Shown here: positions 53,801-64,000 of the stretch, piece after piece | Layout: each line of letters starts with the position of its first letter | How positions within the stretch are numbered: the first letter of the stretch is position 1 | The notes under the pieces: generated by a model | The model's database searches: none | What the model was told of the DNA's origin: nothing | The model's input: the letters and a program-made list of their open reading frames with translations, nothing else | Position numbers and translations under genes: made by a program | Source of the DNA: Euglena gracilis | Lineage: Eukaryota | Direction: 5' to 3' | Assembly: GCA_039621445.1 (NCBI GenBank) | Contig: CP154954.1 | Coordinates: 35,635,703 to 35,699,702, forward strand | Length of the DNA stretch: 64,000 nucleotides

Positions 53801-55263
53801 GTGGAGTTTCGGCTCTCTTTTGGTTGAAAGGATTGTCAGGAACGCGAAAAGCCAATGGTTGAAAAATTTATCTGGATTTTTATACTGGTTATATGACCCA
53901 AGTTTTGTTATGGTAATTTTTGTGAGTCCCTGGCACTTAGCAGGGGGGAAATTCAAACACAAATATTTTTATGCAAAGTGAAAAAAATTCCCTGCAGAGG
54001 TGAAAATTTTCCAATTGTTTTCCAAGTGCATTGGAAATCTGTGTTTATTTGTGTTTACATGTGTTTTTTTTGTCTCGTTTCTCAATGGTCCATGTTGCAT
54101 TTCCCCAGCTTTTAGCCAGGCATTTGCGCACTTTTGCCAGGCGTTTGCTTATTGGTATGGACCAATTGATGATAGCAATTCTTTCGAAGGTTGCAAAAAA
54201 GGTTGTCCGCACTACAAGGCCAGGGTTTTTCTTTAGTCTTGGACCCCTCCCCAAGGAGGGAGGGGGGGGCAGGGTGGGTGGGTCCCTTGCACCCCCCTCC
54301 CCCCTGGAGGGTGGTGGGTGTATCTTTTTCGGCGCTGAAGGCACCGAAAGTTTTGAAAAAGGTGCTAAATTTAGCATTTTGGCCATTTTCGGGCAAAAGT
54401 GGGTGGGTCCCCAGGGACCCCCTCCCGGGGGGCCCACCCCAGGGGGTGGATGGGTGGGTGCCGACCCCCTCCCCTCTCCCCCCGGTCTTAAAAAAAACCC
54501 CTGTCCAAGACAATACCAAATCAATCTTTTTCTGCACAATGAAGAAATGCAAATATGCATCCATTCCAAGTAAATTTGGGGTGTTTGCGGATTTTCATCA
54601 ACTGATGGAGGTCAGAGTTACAACCAGAGTGTGCCAAGCAGATAATGGGAAATATTGGAGTTTTGATGCATTCTTATCTTATCATTCATGACAAAAAATT
54701 ATTATTTTTGTTGAATTTTCTCTGTGGTTGCCTGTGCTGTTTCTCAGATGTCGCGGAGCTCTTCAATGAATTGTCCACAAGAACTTGCTGGATTGGGCGT
54801 CCATTGTCTTTGGTTAATAAAAGCCTCTGGATTTTTTTTGGTGGTTTTGTTAAGGGGTTGGGCCAGGGTGCTGCAATTGTCATTAAGGGGGGATCAGGGT
54901 TAAGTTTAGCAGCCCCCTTGGACCAGCAGGAATTTCAAGCAATCCCTCCCCCCTGTGCAAAACCAACGCTCATTTAATGCGCTGGCCATCTCTGCGTGAT
55001 CATACCATACAAATGCTGAATCAAAGATAGACCAGTGGCATGTCCAGGGGTGGGAGCATCTTTCCAGGAGCCACCCAACAAGAGCCGTTCCCCAAATTGC
55101 CTTTTTTGAAACAACATACCAACACCAGTGTTGTTTGCAAAGGAATGCATACTTTTTTTTGGGAGAGTTGACCAGCTCTGCATCCCCTCAGGCAACAACG
55201 TCCAGGATGTGGCGCTGCTTTGCACTATAAGCACCCTGCTGCAATGCAACCGAACACGACAAG
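47861..55263 (+). CDS. Split gene: RNase-inhibitor/NLRC3-like leucine-rich-repeat protein (LRR block; N- and C-termini extend beyond)
   Basis: GT-AG exons 47861-47923, 48094-48180, 49419-49502, 49972-50055, 50331-50415, 50512-50597, 50983-51066, 52009-52092, 53705-53788, 55192-55263. The eight central exons each encode NxIGxxGAxxLAxxLxxNxTLxxLxL, e.g. NGIGDNGARYLANALQENFTLRELKLD. Confidence 0.9.
48094..48180 (+). CDS. LRR exon (87 nt)
   Basis: cag|..GKVGPAGAKIIAEALSQAPTTVWELLLD..|gtgtgc. Confidence 0.88.
49419..49502 (+). CDS. LRR exon (84 nt)
   Basis: tag|..CDVGTEGARAIANVLGTNTTLEGLDVS..|gtatgt. Confidence 0.9.
49972..50055 (+). CDS. LRR exon (84 nt)
   Basis: cag|..NSIGDKGARATAQALEINRTVLWVNVG..|gtttgt. 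Confidence 0.9.
50331..50415 (+). CDS. LRR exon (85 nt, +1 frameshift as sequenced)
   Basis: NGITA(R) then shifted GVCALCRAVEGNSALRRLCLQ|gtatgc. Confidence 0.75.
50512..50597 (+). CDS. LRR exon (86 nt to the first GT)
   Basis: cag|..NRIGEDGARMLAAALLANSTLQHAN..|gtgcgc. Confidence 0.8.
50983..51066 (+). CDS. LRR exon (84 nt)
   Basis: cag|..NEIGAGGAQAIAKVMGANSSVEYIDLH..|gtatgt. Confidence 0.9.
52009..52092 (+). CDS. LRR exon (84 nt)
   Basis: cag|..NSIGDDGAQAVAKALKQNAAATYVNLE..|gtatgt. Confidence 0.9.
53705..53788 (+). CDS. LRR exon (84 nt)
   Basis: cag|..NGIGDNGARYLANALQENFTLRELKLD..|gtgtgc. Confidence 0.92.
54221..54503. mobile_element. hAT-like MITE related to 23447-23620, decayed TSD
   Basis: CAGGGTTTTT...GGTCTTAAAAAAAACCCCTG; flanks TACAAGGC/TCCAAGAC (6/8 identical). 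Confidence 0.7.
55192..55263 (+). CDS. LRR capping exon (72 nt)
   Basis: cag|..NNVQDVALLCTISTLLQCNRTRQ..|gtgaat. Confidence 0.75.
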
Positions 55264-55328
55264 GTGAATGATTTTCTTCTTTGCTCATGATTGAAAGGGC
55301 TCACGACTTAAAGGGGGGATTGGTGGGA

Positions 55329-57512
55329 CTTGGGCGGCCTAACTCGCACTTAAGGTTTTGATTTTTGGCTTGCGCTTAAGCGCAAATTTCCAAAAACCCG
55401 GCGGTGAAACCCACTCTTTTGACCCTCTGGTTCCCCGGAGACCCTCCACGGTGGCGTGTGCATCATTTGTGCACCTTATTGAAAAAGGTTTAAAATCCTG
55501 GGTTTGAATTCTGGAACACGTGAATTTTCCCAAAAATGTGTCAAAACCCCGTTGCGAGTCCCTCATATTTGAAGCTTTGACTGTGTTCCCTGGATGGGCG
55601 GGGTGAAATTTGGCCCCCTTTGTTGCTTTTTTTTTAGGCTCTGTGATATGTGTCTGAAGAGAGTTGCCTGCTGAGGCGTCCAGAGGGTGAATTCTACACA
55701 CACGTGATGAAAAGTTGTATATAAAAAAGGCATGCCACAAAGTTGTGATCCCTGGGTGCTTGAAGCTCGTAGGAGCGGTACAGCGCGAACCACCCAGGTG
55801 GGGGGGTTGGGGGGGTTGGGGGGGATTGAGGGCAAACCCAGGAACCTGTCCCAACGTCCCACACTGCCGGGCATAGAAGGAAATGGTTATGGATATTGCG
55901 CTTAAGTGCAAACAGTTTTGCGCTTAAGCGCAATGCCCTTTCAAATAGTAGATGTATTTGAATGTGCGTGTGCTGTGGGAGAAGGTGGGGGGACAGAGGA
56001 GAATGATGAGGGGAGTTTGAGCGCTGCTGTGCCCAAAGCTGGGTTGGTGCTTTTCAACTATTCAGGCACTGGGAAGGAGTGGCTGTTCCAATAAGACGAA
56101 ATCGTGGGCAGTAGACTGTGGAGCCTCAGTGACCTTGCACTCAGTGCACAAAGTGGGGGTTTTTTGGGATGTTGACAGAGACCTGAATGTCCTTCATCTG
56201 CCCGGTGTGATGTTGCTGTCTGGTGGGTTGCATATTACCGGAAAAAGGTGTGTCAGCATGTTTTTCTTTCTCTGTCGTTGGTGATGGACCCTTTCAATTT
56301 CTCAATTCCATTCGCTCTTCCCCAAAGTTGTGTGCTTCAAATCCTGGGCGAGGAAAGGGGGGGGGGTGGCGAGCTCCTTTAAAACACTTTTTCGACCCCC
56401 AAAACTGTTTCCTTGGCTGTGATTCCAAGGGTTCATCTGGTGCCTGTTCTTTTCCAAACAAAAATTTTCCGACTTTCAAACGTCGGCCAAAAAGAAGTAC
56501 CCCTCAGGCATGCTTAACTGCGAAGCAAGTGGGAGGAACATCCGGCAGTGGCAGTAGGATTTACAACGCATAGTACAAGACACATCTGGATATGAAGAAG
56601 TTGGTGTTTGCTTCACACACCAGAGGGATGGCTTCCTGTCGCAGGCAAGGCTTCCCTCCACTTTGCCCTGTTTGCTCTGGCACCCGCAGTGATAAAAATA
56701 AGAAACTAAAAATTGATAACTGTTGTGCCAAAGTGCAATGGGCAGGCTTATGAAAGATGAAGTCATATTGCGCGAAAGTACAATAGAAATACATTTTTAA
56801 AATTGCAAAAAGCAGCGTGACTGTTGCGCCAACGCGCAATGTTGACCAATTTTAAGGCAACGTGACTGAGAATAGGTTTCCGTTCCCCTGTGCTAAGTTT
56901 TGTGCTCTATCCTCTCTGGTGTTCTTACCCTACCAGGGCCGTTCTCTCCCTCCGTTGTGACATAATTTTCAAGCAGTTGTATTGCGCTTCGGCACAAGAC
57001 CCACGTTGCTATTACAATTTTTTAAATTCTATTTCTATTGCGCTTTTGGGAATATAACTCTTAAATTTCCATTCTTCACAAGCCTGCCCATTGCGCTGTG
57101 CTGCAATGGAAATACATGTTGACACACATGTTGTTGTTATTGTGCAAGTGCGGCAATGGTCACCCACATGTTGAATTGTAAAAATTTCAGAATTTGCGCA
57201 ATGCGCAATGCAAATGCAAATGCAAAAATGAAAGTGCAATGCGTTGCAGCAAAGCGCAACTGCGAAGTGAAGTCCTCTTGTTTCATCACCCGGCGCCATG
57301 TGTTCATGCACACTGGGCCCCGGGAGCGCTGTGTCTATAGATTGTGGAGTTCCAAGTCGTTTCGTCCCCAGGCCCTGGGGTGCAGGGAGACACTGATGCG
57401 GGCTGTCTCGAGTCTCAGGCCTCGGTGTTCGAAAACAGAAAATTTTTTGACATTGCACGTCGGCGAAAATTACAGTCATTTTCAAAGCTAAGTGCGAGTT
57501 AGACGTCCTAAG
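55329..57512. mobile_element. Non-autonomous DNA transposon copy 2 (inverted relative to 11452-13965)
   Basis: CTTGGGCGGCCTAACTCGCACTTA ... TAAGTGCGAGTTAGACGTCCTAAG; TSD TGGGA at 55324-55328 and 57513-57517. Confidence 0.92.
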
Positions 57513-57564
57513 TGGGATACTCAAGGTGATTTCTCTTTTCCATTTCCATTTTGTTTTAATACAG

Positions 57565-57657
57565 AGTGGGCATATGCAACGCAAAAAGAAGGATCTGTGT
57601 CACGGAAGGCAAAGAAGAGCCACTCCATCCGGAGCTCCTTGCAATCGCAGGCATTTC
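57565..57657 (+). CDS. Candidate downstream exon of the LRR gene
   Basis: Pyrimidine tract + cag|ag, phase 1: (E)WAYATQKEGSVSRKAKKSHSIRSSLQSQAF; no domain support. Confidence 0.35.
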
Positions 57658-59420
57658 GTTGGTTTTCTTGAAGGGCCAAAGCCCAGCGTCCACTCCCTTC
57701 CATATTTTTCAGGGGTTGTAGTGGGGGGTGGCGGCTGGGGGGATGGATTGCTCAATCCCCACTGTTATTTCGGACCCTGAGCCAGTGACATCTTATCTCG
57801 TATCTTATCTATCTTATCTCATCTTATCTTATCTTTAACTGTCTGGCAGGGATTTCTGCCATTGAGAAATTCTTTGGTGCCAGAGGGGAACAAAATTCAC
57901 AACGACAAGTGCAGCACTCTGCACGCGACACGCCACCGTTAGATCGCTGCTCCTCGCTTGTCCGGTCTCTTGTCGTCGGGAACTCAGCCAACACCACCTT
58001 TATGGATTGCAGTCTCTCCCATTGCCGAGGAGAGTCAGTCCAGCATGGGGAACGGGCAGACCAGCAGTCCTGGTGTGTTGCATTGTTGTATTCATCAGTG
58101 GATCAACCACATCCTGCATTAACCATAGGATATTTGTGGTTCCTTGTTTTATGCCTTCAATGGCATTCTAGGGAACCAAAGGCAACGTGTTTGCCAAATA
58201 TCTGTACAGTTTTTTTTTTTGCATTGATAAAACTGGAGACCTGAAATGTTATCAAATTGGGAATAAAACTTTGCAATGAAATACCAAACAATCAAAAAGT
58301 ATTGAGAAGGGTCGAAACGTCTCATCCAGGGCGGTCCGTGAGGGACGGGATTTTTTTTTTCCGTTAAGGACCGCCCCCTGAAGGACCCCCCCCCCCCCCC
58401 CGCCCAATGCACAGAAAGGCCCTGAACCCTGTTCCCTGACACACAGAGAACAGTTTATGAACTGTTGCAACCCTGTGCTGGAGGGGATTAATTTAGCGTT
58501 CTAAGCTTTCAAAATAAGAACCCCCATTGCAAACTCTTTTGGATTCTCACCAACGGACCCGAAAAGTGCTAAAATTTGCCTTAAAAGATTGGTGACACTT
58601 TTTGGGGCATTATTTTTCTTTATCTCTTTTTTTTTGCCTCCTGTCCGCGAATATTTTGCACATGATGGGAAAGATTTCAGTCATTGTCCCAAACAAGCTG
58701 CCCCTTGTCTATTTATTTCCCTCTGAAGCCCTCTTTTCTTTGCTGGTGTCCCTAATGGTTAATTTTACCGCAAATTTTGACGTGAATGAGAAGAAAAATG
58801 GAAGATTTGACGGTAAAAATTTGTGGTGAAGGCAGTGCCAGGTGTGGCCCAACAGAATGGTATGGAGCATGTTCTTGAGGTCTTCAAAATTTATCAATTT
58901 AGCGATTTGGTGATTTCCTGTCTTTTTTGAATCTCGCATCGGACACAACTAGCAAAAAAACAACCTGGCAGAGTTTCCCACAGTGGCAAATTTTGAGGGA
59001 TATTGAGATCATGGGCCTCATTTCCGGGAACAGGTGGTAGAATCCGGAGAGGTTACACACAAGGTCTCCCAGTCTACCACCAATTCCTAAATCAGAGGCC
59101 AGAATAATGTGACTGAAATGCATTATTCTGATAATTTTATTATTATTCTCATTATTAATACGAGAACCCCCCAATTGGAAGAAGGACTGTACTAGACAGC
59201 AACAGTCATGCCTGGAGGGGGGGGGCACATTCGTTTCAGAGAAATTGCCCAAGAATGCACAGCAACGCGAGAACTGGGTGTTTTTTTTGTGTGTGTTTTT
59301 TGTGTTTTTTATATTTTTTCTGTCGATTTTGGATTTTTCTGAAGTTTTTTTTTGATCATTGAAAAATTCTCATTTTGGCGAAACTTTTTTTGTCATTTTT
59401 GCATTATTTGGTCAACAAAG

Positions 59421-59668
59421 TAAACCCGCCCCCCTCCCCTAATAGAAGCGCGGGGCCGCTGCAAGCGCAGGGTCCAAATAAAAGCGCACCCCCCGCCGTC
59501 GAAGGCGGCAGTCCACTGCAAGCGCCCCCCCCCCCATTTTGATGGGATTTCTAAAGGAAATCAACAAAAATCAGGCAGGAAGGGTCCAATTAGAAACGCA
59601 CCTCCCACCGCCAGAGATAGCATTCCGCTTTAAGCGCACCTGCGCTTCTATTAGGGAGGGGAGTTTTA
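59421..59668. mobile_element. TA-flanked MITE, second copy of 16499-16751
   Basis: CCCTAATAGAAGCGC / GCGCTTCTATTAGGG inverted repeat. Confidence 0.8.
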
Positions 59669-60044
59669 CTATTTTTATGCAAAATGAAAAATTTCCTTGG
59701 CAGAGTTCAAAAGTTTTTCGAGAAATGCACATCCTGGAGAGCCCCTGGAGGATTTTGCATGCAATTTTTTTTTGCTTTTTTTGCCCTTTTTTTGTGTTTT
59801 ATTTGTGTCGCGTTTTTTGAGGATCTATGGTCCCCCCCCCCTGCCCCACAGCCAGGGTTGTATGGGAAGCTCCGCAGAGGTAGGAGGGGTCCCCCCCCTG
59901 GTTTTGGAAGGGGGTCCCCCGAGATTCCCAATACAAACCTGCCCACAGCCCTGTCTGTGCTGTTAACCCCCCCCCCCCAATGACTAACAAAGAGGGTTAT
60001 TGGTTTTTTTTGAGCTGACCATCAAAATCACTGAGATACCCCCC

Positions 60045-60101
<57 letters not shown>

Positions 60102-60238
60102 GGGTACCAGCCGGGGTGTTTCACACGCAGGATTCTGGAACGAAAACACCCACTCACGTTTCTTTTTTGTTTTCCTTTGCTCTTAATGAACTCCCCCTCC
60201 GTTGTGGGTTGGTTGGTGGCCCTGGCTTCTGTTCCCAG

Positions 60239-60606
60239 GAACACAGTCCGCACTGGAGGGGGTTTTGCCCACGGAGGTCCAGCAGGTCCGCATGGATGAC
60301 GTCACGAGGGAGGATGGTGAGGTCCGCCCGAGGGCTGCCGCCTGAGGGTGGCACTGAAAGCCCCTCTCCCACATTGAAACAAAAAAGGTGTGCGTGGCAG
60401 AGCCCAATGCCAAGCCCATCCTCTGTCCTTCGTTGTTGAGCAAGTGTCCCGGGCAAGGCCCCGGGTCCCGGTTGGAGCAGAATCCGGTGGCGCAGCACTC
60501 GTCCCGCTTGCCGCTGAAGGACTTATTCCAGAAGTGTGGGGAGGTGCTGCCGTGGCTGAAGCGTTGCAGCCGGTGGCAGATCAGCCCAGAAGGGTGGACA
60601 AGGTGA
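60239..60606 (+). CDS. Candidate 3' exons of the LRR gene (60239-60316, 60401-60606)
   Basis: Phase-1-compatible cag|..|gtgagg and cag|..TGA; no domain support. Confidence 0.35.
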
Positions 60607-60754
60607 ACAAGAGCAATTTGGTGTGATCTCATCCATGGGTCAGATCACTTCCAAACACAACCTTCAAGGATTACCATACAAATTCATTCCTTCAAACTTG
60701 CCCAAAAATCATGATGACCGCTCCTGCCGTTTCAATGAACGTCGCCAGAAAATG

Positions 60755-64000
<3,246 letters not shown>

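Overview
Eukaryotic, repeat-rich nuclear DNA with clear euglenid (Euglena-like) hallmarks. Both window ends are simple-sequence arrays, and almost all supplied ORFs are artefacts of low complexity or GC-richness. Two split genes can be assembled by hand. (1) Minus strand, ~39.2 kb to ~8.4 kb: a membrane-anchored hybrid sensor histidine kinase (TM segments, H-box [16 protein letters not shown], HATPase N-box [12 protein letters not shown], receiver VDDS...DIVVMD). Its exons join in frame only through NON-GT-AG 'nonconventional' introns, with CAG at +4..+6, CTG at -8..-6 and base-paired ends; 11 junctions were resolved to the base. (2) Plus strand, ~47.9-55.3 kb (possibly to 60.6 kb): an RNase-inhibitor/NLRC3-like LRR gene with one ~84-nt phase-1 exon per repeat and ordinary GT-AG introns. 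Introns are packed with non-autonomous DNA transposons: CAGGG..CCCTG MITEs with perfect 8-bp TSDs, TA-flanked MITEs, and two copies of a 2.2-2.5 kb element with 24-bp TIRs and 5-bp TSDs. Main hypothesis: the 3-nt + 5-nt offsets of the nonconventional splice sites sum to the 8-bp TSD of the hAT-like MITEs in the same window, so such insertions would be spliced out scarlessly. All gene models were read by eye and need RNA confirmation.
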